Of a stretch of DNA of 30,179 nucleotides, positions 1 through 6,507 are shown piece by piece (positions within the stretch are counted from its first letter, which is position 1; each line of letters begins with the position of its first letter). Under the pieces are notes generated by a model, which ran no database searches, had not been told where the DNA came from, and saw nothing but the letters and a program-made list of their open reading frames with translations. Made by a program: the position numbers and the translations under genes. This DNA comes from an uncultured Bacteroidota bacterium (GTDB lineage Bacteria; Bacteroidota; Bacteroidia; Chitinophagales; UBA8649). The DNA is taken from contig CAKZQD010000018.1 in NCBI GenBank assembly GCA_937139485.1, positions 1 through 30,179 on the forward strand, given 5' to 3'.

Positions 1-396
1 GTTTGCCTTACCAGCTTTGCAAATTTTGTCATATAAACATAAGAAGCATCTACATCGCCTTTCATTACCAATGCTTGTATTGAATTAAGCAAATTGAAAA
101 TAAAATGCGGATTCATTTGAGATTTCAAAGCTTTTAAGTTGGAAACGGCCAATTCGTTTTTTGTAGATTCTTCAAGTTTTAGATAGGCTTCGTCTAGTTT
201 TGTTTTTTGAGTACGAATGAGTTTTAATTTATTGAAAATGTAAACAGAAAATAATCCAATGAGTAAAGCAATAATTCCTGCGGCAAACATACCTAGCCTA
301 GTTTTTTGTTTTTGCTGTTCGGCAAGTTCTAGTTTTTGTTGGTTTTTAAGATCGTCTATTTCTTTTTGCTTTTCGTACTGAAATTCCGACTCAAAC
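1..396. repeat. Large dispersed repeat: copy of the kinase coiled-coil/TM/His_kinase coding segment, nt-identical by eye to 4061-4436; the repeat continues off the window
   Basis: Read side by side from gtttgccttaccagctttgcaaattttgtc through cttttcgtact. I found no mismatches, but this was done manually. Confidence 0.8.
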
Positions 397-1571
397 CTTA
401 TTGCAGCATTTACTTCTGCATCATTATACATTTTTTCAAACAAAACAAAATATTTATGATAAATTTCATTGGCTTTTTTATACTCTCCTGTTTTTACATA
501 TATTTTATTTAAAAGTAATGATGCTTGTCTTGTTCTATTTTTATCATTTACTAAAGGTAATAAATTATACGCCTCCTCTGCATATTTTTTCGCTTGCTTA
601 TAATTCTCTTGTTTAAAGTAAAAACTTGCAATATAGTCTAGACTTAAAGCTGTTAAATCATGAAATTCAGTTTCTTTGCTCATCTCTAAAGCCTTAAATG
701 TTAATTCTAAAGCTTTTTCACTATCTCCTTTAATATTATAAATAGATGCAATTGAGGAATATGCATAACCTAAATCATCTGGATTATCATTGATTTTAAA
801 GTTTAAAAGAGCAGAATCACAATACAATAGACCTAAATCAAGGTTTTCTTCCAAAACAACAACGGATGCTAAACTAATATATTCATATCCTATTCTAGAA
901 TAATCATTTCCCTTCTTAGCTATATTAAGTGCTATGTTATGGTTTTTTTTTGCTTCTACAAACGAATAGGTCATCGTTTGTATGTATCCTATCTCATCAT
1001 AATTTAATGCTATTTCCGTATGATATTCTTTACTATTGCTAAAATATTTTATAGATTCTTTGAATAAATCTATAGCTTCAGAGGTAGTTCCAGAATTTAT
1101 CTGCCAAGATCCTAAATTAGTCAAGGTCTTAGCAATATATATACTATCATTTATGTCTTTAAAAAGTTCTAATGCTTTTTGAGTAATTAATTTAGAGGAA
1201 TCTTCTAGACCTATTCTTTTAAGGTATTTACCTAGTTGTAGGTTTAAAATACCTTTATATTTTAAGAATGAATCGTCTTTAATGAGTGTTTTTTCTTCAA
1301 AAGAGAATGCTTGAGTAAAAGCAATTGTATATTTATCTTTTAAGTTTTTATTAAAGACATTATTAATTAAGTAATCTAATTTTTTAAATTTTGTAATTGG
1401 TTCTACATTATTATAATCTTTTAATACACTATCTAGTAAAATTTTGTCGTGAGGATGTGTCTTTTCAAGAATCAAAGAATCTATCAAATAAAATTCTTTA
1501 TCTGCAAAATTTTGAGCTGAAATATTAGAAATAGAAATGAATAAAAAGAATATAGTCTGTAATGTTTTCAT
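1..1571 (-). CDS. TPR-repeat periplasmic-sensor histidine kinase, LytS/YehU type (paralog 1); partial, the C-terminal catalytic core continues beyond the window start
   Basis: ATG is the reverse complement of 1569-1571, 19 nt downstream of the stop of the next kinase gene. The product starts with a signal-peptide-like MKTLQTIFFLFISISNISAQ. The in-frame translation I checked reads KEFYLIDSLILEKTHPHDK, parallel to DKDFYLIDSLEINK of paralog 3. Nt 1-396 are by eye identical to 4061-4436 and encode EYEKQKEIDDLKNQQKLELAEQQKQ, a TM helix, and [15 protein letters not shown]...NPHFIFN. The ORF track missed it because it has no stop inside the window. Confidence 0.7.
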   Translation of the reverse strand, partial: MKTLQTIFFLFISISNISAQNFADKEFYLIDSLILEKTHPHDKILLDSVLKDYNNVEPITKFKKLDYLINNVFNKNLKDKYTIAFTQAFSFEEKTLIKDDSFLKYKGILNLQLGKYLKRIGLEDSSKLITQKALELFKDINDSIYIAKTLTNLGSWQINSGTTSEAIDLFKESIKYFSNSKEYHTEIALNYDEIGYIQTMTYSFVEAKKNHNIALNIAKKGNDYSRIGYEYISLASVVVLEENLDLGLLYCDSALLNFKINDNPDDLGYAYSSIASIYNIKGDSEKALELTFKALEMSKETEFHDLTALSLDYIASFYFKQENYKQAKKYAEEAYNLLPLVNDKNRTRQASLLLNKIYVKTGEYKKANEIYHKYFVLFEKMYNDAEVNAAIRFESEFQYEKQKEIDDLKNQQKLELAEQQKQKTRLGMFAAGIIALLIGLFSVYIFNKLKLIRTQKTKLDEAYLKLEESTKNELAVSNLKALKSQMNPHFIFNLLNSIQALVMKGDVDASYVYMTKFAKLVRQ

Positions 1572-1590
1572 TTAATTGTTAGGTTTGTTA

Positions 1591-2330
1591 CTAAAAAACT
1601 TGCTTAAAAGGAATATAAAGTTTCACTTGTGTAGCTACAAATATATCATTTTCAAATACATCTTCATATTTAAAACCAAACTCGCCTTTATAAGTCTCGC
1701 TTAATATTTTAAAACGTTTTTCTATGGCTTTGGTAGAAAAAGATTCGTGTTTTGAGCCTTGCCTTGCTTTTATTTCTTTAGACTTTGCTCTTCCAATACC
1801 GTTATCTGTAATGGTACAAATGATTTTATCTTTTTGTTCAAACTCTATTTTTAGGGTTTTTTTCCCAGCTTTGTGCAGCAAACCGTGTACGAGTGCATTT
1901 TCTATAAATGGTTGTATTAAAAGTGGTGGAATTTCTATGCCTTCTATATCGTTATCTATTATTTTGTATTCAAAATCTTTTGAGAAACGCAATTTTTCTA
2001 AATCAAGATATAATTTCAGTAAATCTATTTCGTCTTCTAGTTCTACTAAATCTGCATCTGAAAAATGTAATGTTTGCCTTACCAGCTTTGCAAATTTTGT
2101 CATATAAACATAAGAAGCATCTACATCGCCTTTCATTACCAATGCTTGAATAGAATTGAGCAAATTAAAAATAAAATGCGGATTCATTTGAGATTTCAAA
2201 GCTTTTAAGTTGGAAATGGCTAATTCATTTTTTGTAGATTCTTCTAGTTTTAAATAGGCTTCGTCTAGTTTTGCTTTTTGGCTACGAATCAGTTTTAATC
2301 TGTTGAAAATAAATGCAATTAGTAAAGAAA
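1591..2330. repeat. About 95% identical copy of the kinase catalytic-core coding segment (compare 3577-4330)
   Basis: Protein differences are limited to a few patches: [62 protein letters not shown]. Nucleotide similarity decays near 2300-2340. Confidence 0.75.
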
Positions 2331-3558
2331 CAATTCCTGCAAAAACCAAAGCAAACCAACTAATAGTTTTACTTCTTTTTGCTTTTTCATCGGCTAATAA
2401 ACTTTGAGATTCTGCTAAAATTTTGCCTTGTTTGTATTTATCTGTTTCATATTGCGTTTCTAAATTGGCAATAATATTCAAATTCTCTGATTTTTGAATA
2501 CTATCCGTAAAATTATGGTATTTGTTGAGTGCTATATTGGCTTTTTTATATTGCTTTGAATTTTGGTAAAAACTACTTTTTGCATACAGATAGTCTTCAA
2601 TAATTTCCATATCTTGATTACCTTTTACAAGTATTTCTAATTCATCAAAATATAGTTTTGCTTTAGAAATATTATTTTCAATAGAATTAATAATTACTAA
2701 ATAATTTAAAGAACGAATGATGGCATTTTTGTGTTTAAGTTCTCTGCCAAGTTTTAGCTGTTTTAAAAAATATGTTTTAGATTTCTGATAATCTTTCATT
2801 AAGTAGTAAGAAAAGCCCATTTCGTCATAGTTAAGTGTTAAACTTGTTATGCGATTTATTTTTTTATTTATTTCGATAGCTTTTGCAGTAAAAATGATTG
2901 CTGAATCATATTTTTGTAATCTATTATAGTAATAGCCTAAACTTGAATAGTTGGCGGCGTTACAATGATTGTAGTAAGATTCATCTAAGGAGTCGCAATA
3001 ACTTAATGCCAAAAGGGTATATTTTATTGCTTCTTCTTTTTGATTTTGAATTTCGTATAGAGAAGCTATTCCGCCATAACAAGCAACTACAGCAGAATAA
3101 AGTTTTGTTTTTTCAGCTATTTTTAATGTTTCAAAATAATAAGCTGTTGCGTTTTTGTAATCACCTTTATTTTGATAAAGGTTAGCAATTTTTGCAGTCA
3201 TAGACAGTAAAGCAGGAGTATAGCCCAATGCTTTTCCCATTGTTTCTGCTTCTTTTAAAATAATTAATGCAGAATCTACTTTGCCTTTTTCTCTCAGCAC
3301 AAAGGCATATTCTTTTATGTATTGCATTATGTGTGTTGTGTCTTTAAGGCTACGGGCTAATTTTTCGCCTGAGACAATATATTTTAAATGCTTTTCTTTA
3401 TCTACACTTCGGTAATAACTGCATAAAGACATTTCGGTCTTCATCTTTATAGTGTCATTACTTGTGGTTTTCAATACTGTTTCTAGAGAGTCTATATTTA
3501 TTTGTTGAGCTTGAAGGCTCGAAACAAAAGCAAATAGTAGTAAAAAGAGGCATTTCAT
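1591..3558 (-). CDS. TPR-repeat periplasmic-sensor histidine kinase, LytS/YehU type (His_kinase PF06580-like plus HATPase_c), paralog 2
   Basis: 655 aa. N-terminal signal peptide [18 protein letters not shown]. About 370 aa of TPR-like Y/A/L-rich repeats. Single [22 protein letters not shown]. Cytoplasmic coiled coil. [13 protein letters not shown] motif (LytS/YehU His_kinase signature) and HATPase region TITDNGIG...GEFGF. Confidence 0.85.
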   Translation of the reverse strand: MKCLFLLLFAFVSSLQAQQINIDSLETVLKTTSNDTIKMKTEMSLCSYYRSVDKEKHLKYIVSGEKLARSLKDTTHIMQYIKEYAFVLREKGKVDSALIILKEAETMGKALGYTPALLSMTAKIANLYQNKGDYKNATAYYFETLKIAEKTKLYSAVVACYGGIASLYEIQNQKEEAIKYTLLALSYCDSLDESYYNHCNAANYSSLGYYYNRLQKYDSAIIFTAKAIEINKKINRITSLTLNYDEMGFSYYLMKDYQKSKTYFLKQLKLGRELKHKNAIIRSLNYLVIINSIENNISKAKLYFDELEILVKGNQDMEIIEDYLYAKSSFYQNSKQYKKANIALNKYHNFTDSIQKSENLNIIANLETQYETDKYKQGKILAESQSLLADEKAKRSKTISWFALVFAGIVSLLIAFIFNRLKLIRSQKAKLDEAYLKLEESTKNELAISNLKALKSQMNPHFIFNLLNSIQALVMKGDVDASYVYMTKFAKLVRQTLHFSDADLVELEDEIDLLKLYLDLEKLRFSKDFEYKIIDNDIEGIEIPPLLIQPFIENALVHGLLHKAGKKTLKIEFEQKDKIICTITDNGIGRAKSKEIKARQGSKHESFSTKAIEKRFKILSETYKGEFGFKYEDVFENDIFVATQVKLYIPFKQVF

Positions 3559-3576
3559 AAATTATTTGATTATTTT

Positions 3577-4436
3577 TTAAAAAACTTGTTTAAAAGGAAT
3601 ATAAAGTTTCACTTGTGTAGCTACAAATATATCGTTTTCAAATACATCTTCATATTTAAAACCAAACTCGCCTTTATAGGTTTCGCTCAATATTTTAAAA
3701 CGTTTTTCTATGGCTTTGGTAGAAAAAGATTTGTGCTGAATATCTTGCCTTGCTTTTATTTCTTTGGCTTTTGTTCGCCCTATTCCATTGTCTGTAATAG
3801 TACAAATAATTTTATCTTTTTGTTCAAACTCTATTTTTAAGGTTTTTTTCCCAGCTTTGTGCAGCAAACCGTGTACGAGTGCATTTTCTATAAATGGTTG
3901 TATTAAAAGTGGTGGAATTTCTATGCCTTCTATATCGTTATCTATTATTTTGTATTCAAAATCTTTTGAGAAACGCAATTTTTCTAAATCAAGATATAAT
4001 TTCAGTAAATCTATTTCGTCTTCTAGTTCTACTAAATCTGCATCTGAAAAATGTAATGTTTGCCTTACCAGCTTTGCAAATTTTGTCATATAAACATAAG
4101 AAGCATCTACATCGCCTTTCATTACCAATGCTTGTATTGAATTAAGCAAATTGAAAATAAAATGCGGATTCATTTGAGATTTCAAAGCTTTTAAGTTGGA
4201 AACGGCCAATTCGTTTTTTGTAGATTCTTCAAGTTTTAGATAGGCTTCGTCTAGTTTTGTTTTTTGAGTACGAATGAGTTTTAATTTATTGAAAATGTAA
4301 ACAGAAAATAATCCAATGAGTAAAGCAATAATTCCTGCGGCAAACATACCTAGCCTAGTTTTTTGTTTTTGCTGTTCGGCAAGTTCTAGTTTTTGTTGGT
4401 TTTTAAGATCGTCTATTTCTTTTTGCTTTTCGTACT
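3577..4436. repeat. Kinase-core repeat unit. 4061-4436 is identical to 1-396, and 3577-4330 is about 95% identical to 1591-2330
   Basis: Direct comparison of sequence blocks. The identity to the window-start copy extends further 5-prime (through the coiled-coil and TM coding region) than the identity to copy 2, suggesting recent gene conversion or duplication. Confidence 0.8.
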
Positions 4437-5643
4437 CATATTTTAGCCCTACTTTTAGTGCTTCTTTTTTGTTGCGATTGTATTTATATTCATCTTTTGT
4501 TTCGTAGTAAAGCTTTAAGGCTGTTATTTCCTTGTTTTTTTGTCCTAAACTGGCGTATATTTCACTTGCCAGTTGTGCAGATTGAATAATTCTATCTATT
4601 TCATTTAGTTTTTTAGATATTTTTAAAGAATTTTCAATTTCCTTTTCTGCCTTTTTATTTTTTCCTTTTAAGTGTAAAAACCGAGCAGAAAAATATAATC
4701 CTAATGCCTCAAACTCTTTCAAGTTTCGTTTTTTAGATAAACTAATCATTTCATTAATTAGCGTTTCTGACTGGTCAATACTGTCTTTATTAAAATAATA
4801 ATCAAGCATTATATGATTTGCTCTGTTTATTTGATATGCGTCGTTATTTTTTCCAATGAGTTTTTTTCCTTCTTTGGCGGCTAAATATGCCAATTTTTCT
4901 TCTTTTTTATAATTATAAATATCTGCTTTTGTAATATACAATTGCCCTTTTACTGCTGGATCTGCATTTTCAGCTAGTTGATTTATTGCATTATCTAAAG
5001 ATTTTATTGCCCGTTCTATATCTATATTTTCTTTCTGAATAGAAGCTATGTTTCTCAAAATAGTTCCTATAGACATTGCATCATTTAAGGCTTCTGCTAA
5101 AATTAAGGCTTCATTGAAATTTTCTAAAGCCAAAACTATATTTCCTTTGCTTGTATATATTGTTGCTTTGGCATTGTAAAGCTGTGTCACCCAAAAATTT
5201 TCATCTATTTCTTTAAACAATTCTAGTGCCTTGGTATAGTTTGCTAAAGCTGAGTCGGTTTTTAAACTTACATCGTAAGTGTAACCAAAAATACCTAAAG
5301 CCATTGCTTTGTAGAATTTATACTTTTTAATTTCTCTACTGTTTTTTGTGGTCAACAACCCCTTATTTGCTTTATTGTACAAAAAAAAATTATAAGGCTT
5401 CCATACTTTTTCGTCCCAACAGTTTTCTACTATTGCTGTAATAAACGATAAACGACTAGAATCGTATTCTGCTTTATGATATTGCGTTAAAAGGCTATCT
5501 AAAATTACTTTTTCTTGCGCAGAAACTTTATTTATTTCTAAAGAATCTATTAAGTAAAAATCTTTATCGCCATAGTTTTGTGCAGAAAGTTGAATTAAAA
5601 ATAAAAACGAAATTAGGAATAATATAAATTTATATGTGTTCAT
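3577..5643 (-). CDS. TPR-repeat periplasmic-sensor histidine kinase, LytS/YehU type, paralog 3
   Basis: 688 aa with the same architecture as paralog 2: signal peptide MNTYKFILFLISFLFLIQLSAQ, long TPR-like sensor region, TM GMFAAGIIALLIGLFSVYIF, NPHFIFN His_kinase motif, HATPase_c. The C-terminal 250 aa are about 95% identical to paralog 2 and are identical, where visible, to paralog 1. Confidence 0.85.
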   Translation of the reverse strand: MNTYKFILFLISFLFLIQLSAQNYGDKDFYLIDSLEINKVSAQEKVILDSLLTQYHKAEYDSSRLSFITAIVENCWDEKVWKPYNFFLYNKANKGLLTTKNSREIKKYKFYKAMALGIFGYTYDVSLKTDSALANYTKALELFKEIDENFWVTQLYNAKATIYTSKGNIVLALENFNEALILAEALNDAMSIGTILRNIASIQKENIDIERAIKSLDNAINQLAENADPAVKGQLYITKADIYNYKKEEKLAYLAAKEGKKLIGKNNDAYQINRANHIMLDYYFNKDSIDQSETLINEMISLSKKRNLKEFEALGLYFSARFLHLKGKNKKAEKEIENSLKISKKLNEIDRIIQSAQLASEIYASLGQKNKEITALKLYYETKDEYKYNRNKKEALKVGLKYEYEKQKEIDDLKNQQKLELAEQQKQKTRLGMFAAGIIALLIGLFSVYIFNKLKLIRTQKTKLDEAYLKLEESTKNELAVSNLKALKSQMNPHFIFNLLNSIQALVMKGDVDASYVYMTKFAKLVRQTLHFSDADLVELEDEIDLLKLYLDLEKLRFSKDFEYKIIDNDIEGIEIPPLLIQPFIENALVHGLLHKAGKKTLKIEFEQKDKIICTITDNGIGRTKAKEIKARQDIQHKSFSTKAIEKRFKILSETYKGEFGFKYEDVFENDIFVATQVKLYIPFKQVF

Positions 5644-5766
5644 TTTGTGTTAGTTTAAATGTGTTTTAAGCTTTACTTGTTTTGTGTTTAATCAATGAAT
5701 AAAAGTGTAATTTTCATTATGCTAAGCCAATGGTAAATTTAATGTTTAAAATATTTATCAAAGACA

Positions 5767-5796
5767 AAAGCCATAGTGTTTTTTTACTATGGCTTT
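5767..5796. terminator. Hairpin (11-bp perfect stem aaagccatagt / actatggcttt, T-rich loop) between the peptide genes and the kinase operon; possible terminator or attenuator for the minus-strand peptide transcript
   Basis: Perfect inverted repeat read from the sequence. On the minus strand it is followed by a moderately U-rich tract, not a strong T-run. Confidence 0.45.
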
Positions 5797-5819
5797 ATAC
5801 TTATACTAAAAGATGATTA

Positions 5820-5948
5820 TTATAATAATTCTGGTTTTCCTCTAACAGAACTTGCAGAACGTTTTGTTCCTTTTCCGTTAGTTCCACCTTTTACGGCTTT
5901 TAAGTGTACAATTTTTTTCTCTTCAAATTTTATACTTATCTTTTTCAT
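5820..5948 (-). CDS. Small gene 1 of 3: 42-aa double-glycine-leader peptide precursor MKKISIKFEEKKIVHLKAVKGGTNGKGTKRSASSVRGKPELL
   Basis: ATG is the reverse complement of 5946-5948; TAA stop is the reverse complement of 5820-5822; 129 nt. It is part of a 166-bp tandem repeat. The leader KIVHLKAVKGG fits the LSxxELxxIxGG-type double-glycine leader. It is below the 60-aa cutoff of the ORF track. Confidence 0.55.
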   Translation of the reverse strand: MKKISIKFEEKKIVHLKAVKGGTNGKGTKRSASSVRGKPELL

Positions 5949-5985
5949 GATTTTTATTTTTTAGTTTATTAATAATAGTTTGTTT

Positions 5986-6114
5986 TTATAAAAGCTCTGG
6001 TTTTCCTCTAACAGAACTTGCTGTTCGTTTCGTTCCTTTTCCGTTAGTTCCACCTTTTATGGCTTTTAAGTGTACAATTTTTTTCTCTTCAAATTTTATA
6101 CTTATCTTTTTCAT
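5986..6114 (-). CDS. Small gene 2 of 3: 42-aa double-glycine-leader peptide precursor MKKISIKFEEKKIVHLKAIKGGTNGKGTKRTASSVRGKPELL
   Basis: This is the internal Met of the 77-aa track ORF 5986..6219. That ORF's N-terminal extension overlaps gene 3 out of frame, so the real gene is the 42-codon unit. Versus copy 1, six codons change: four are synonymous and two are conservative (V/I, S/T). Confidence 0.55.
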   Translation of the reverse strand: MKKISIKFEEKKIVHLKAIKGGTNGKGTKRTASSVRGKPELL

Positions 6115-6151
6115 GATTTTTATTTTATAGTTTGTTAATAATAGTTTGTTT

Positions 6152-6280
6152 TTATAAAAGTTCTGGTTTTCCACTAGCAGAACTTGCAGAACGTTTTGTT
6201 CCTTTTCCGTTAGATCCACCTTTTATGGCTTTAAGGTTTTTAATTTTTTTGCTTTCTAAATTTTTAAATGTCTTTTTCAT
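6152..6280 (-). CDS. Small gene 3 of 3: 42-aa double-glycine-leader peptide precursor MKKTFKNLESKKIKNLKAIKGGSNGKGTKRSASSASGKPELL
   Basis: ATG is the reverse complement of 6278-6280; TAA stop is the reverse complement of 6152-6154; 129 nt. It is the most divergent copy but keeps LKAIKGG, the NGKGTKRSASS core and the GKPELL end. Confidence 0.5.
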   Translation of the reverse strand: MKKTFKNLESKKIKNLKAIKGGSNGKGTKRSASSASGKPELL

Positions 6281-6346
6281 AATAACTTGTTGTTTTTTTG
6301 ATTATGATATAAATCTATTTACATTTTAAACGATTAAAAAAAATAG

Positions 6347-6379
6347 TTCATTAACAGCACTTTTTTTTCATTAACAGCA
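6347..6379 (-). promoter_or_regulatory. Perfect 13-bp direct repeat pair: TGCTGTTAATGAA, 7 nt, TGCTGTTAATGAA (minus strand), 66 nt upstream of the peptide-3 ATG; candidate LytTR-family response-regulator binding site and peptide-operon promoter
   Basis: Plus-strand ttcattaacagca occurs at 6347-6359 and at 6367-6379, a 20-bp centre-to-centre spacing. The repeats contain a CTGTTAAT core resembling AgrA/ComE-type half-sites, which are direct repeats with about two-turn spacing. A possible -7 box TAGATTTA lies downstream. Confidence 0.5.
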
Positions 6380-6507
6380 AAAAAGTAGTTTTTGAAATAA
6401 AAAAACACAACTAAATAGATACATGTGTTTTAAAACTAAATAATATTTAAATGTATAGGAAAAGCCTTAAAGCCTTGAGGGAATTGTATAAAACAAACTC
6501 AGTAAAA

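Larger units (their letters stand above)
5820..6280. repeat. Three tandem 166-bp units (129-nt peptide gene plus 37-nt spacer), head-to-tail
   Basis: The start codons, at 5948, 6114 and 6280, are spaced by exactly 166 bp. The spacers are also conserved (tattttatagtttgttaataatagtttgtttttataaaag). Confidence 0.85.

Noticed and set aside
401-4507. Plus-strand track ORFs inside the kinase genes (401..616, 1724..2107, 1908..2153, 2898..3185, 3586..3840, 3764..4093, 3894..4145, 4316..4507)
   Set aside because: They are antisense to long, well-supported kinase CDSs. They have low-complexity F/L/S-rich products, typical of open antisense frames in AT-rich DNA. Several are duplicated only because the kinase core itself is duplicated.
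5986-6219. 77-aa minus-strand ORF from the track (MDLTEKEQNVLQVLLVENQNFYKNKLLLTNYKIKIMKKISIKF...)
   Set aside because: Its first 35 codons overlap peptide gene 3 in another frame, and that ATG is simply an in-frame upstream ATG. The repeat structure shows the real unit is the 42-codon gene starting at the internal MKKISIKF (6114).
5820-6280. Alternative reading of the small peptides as KGG-repeat stress proteins or ribosomal proteins, or of the 166-bp tandem array as a CRISPR-like or non-coding repeat
   Set aside because: There is only one KGG per peptide, and the N-terminus fits a GG leader better. There is no resemblance to bL33, bL34 or bL36. The units are far too long for CRISPR repeats, have no unique spacers, and show a synonymous-biased substitution pattern typical of coding sequence.
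5776-6329. Plus-strand ORFs 5776..5964 (62 aa) and 6132..6329 (65 aa) containing SGFPLTELAERFVPFPL
   Set aside because: They are antisense images of the tandem peptide repeat. Their conservation is a by-product of the minus-strand genes, and they have no independent start or stop logic.
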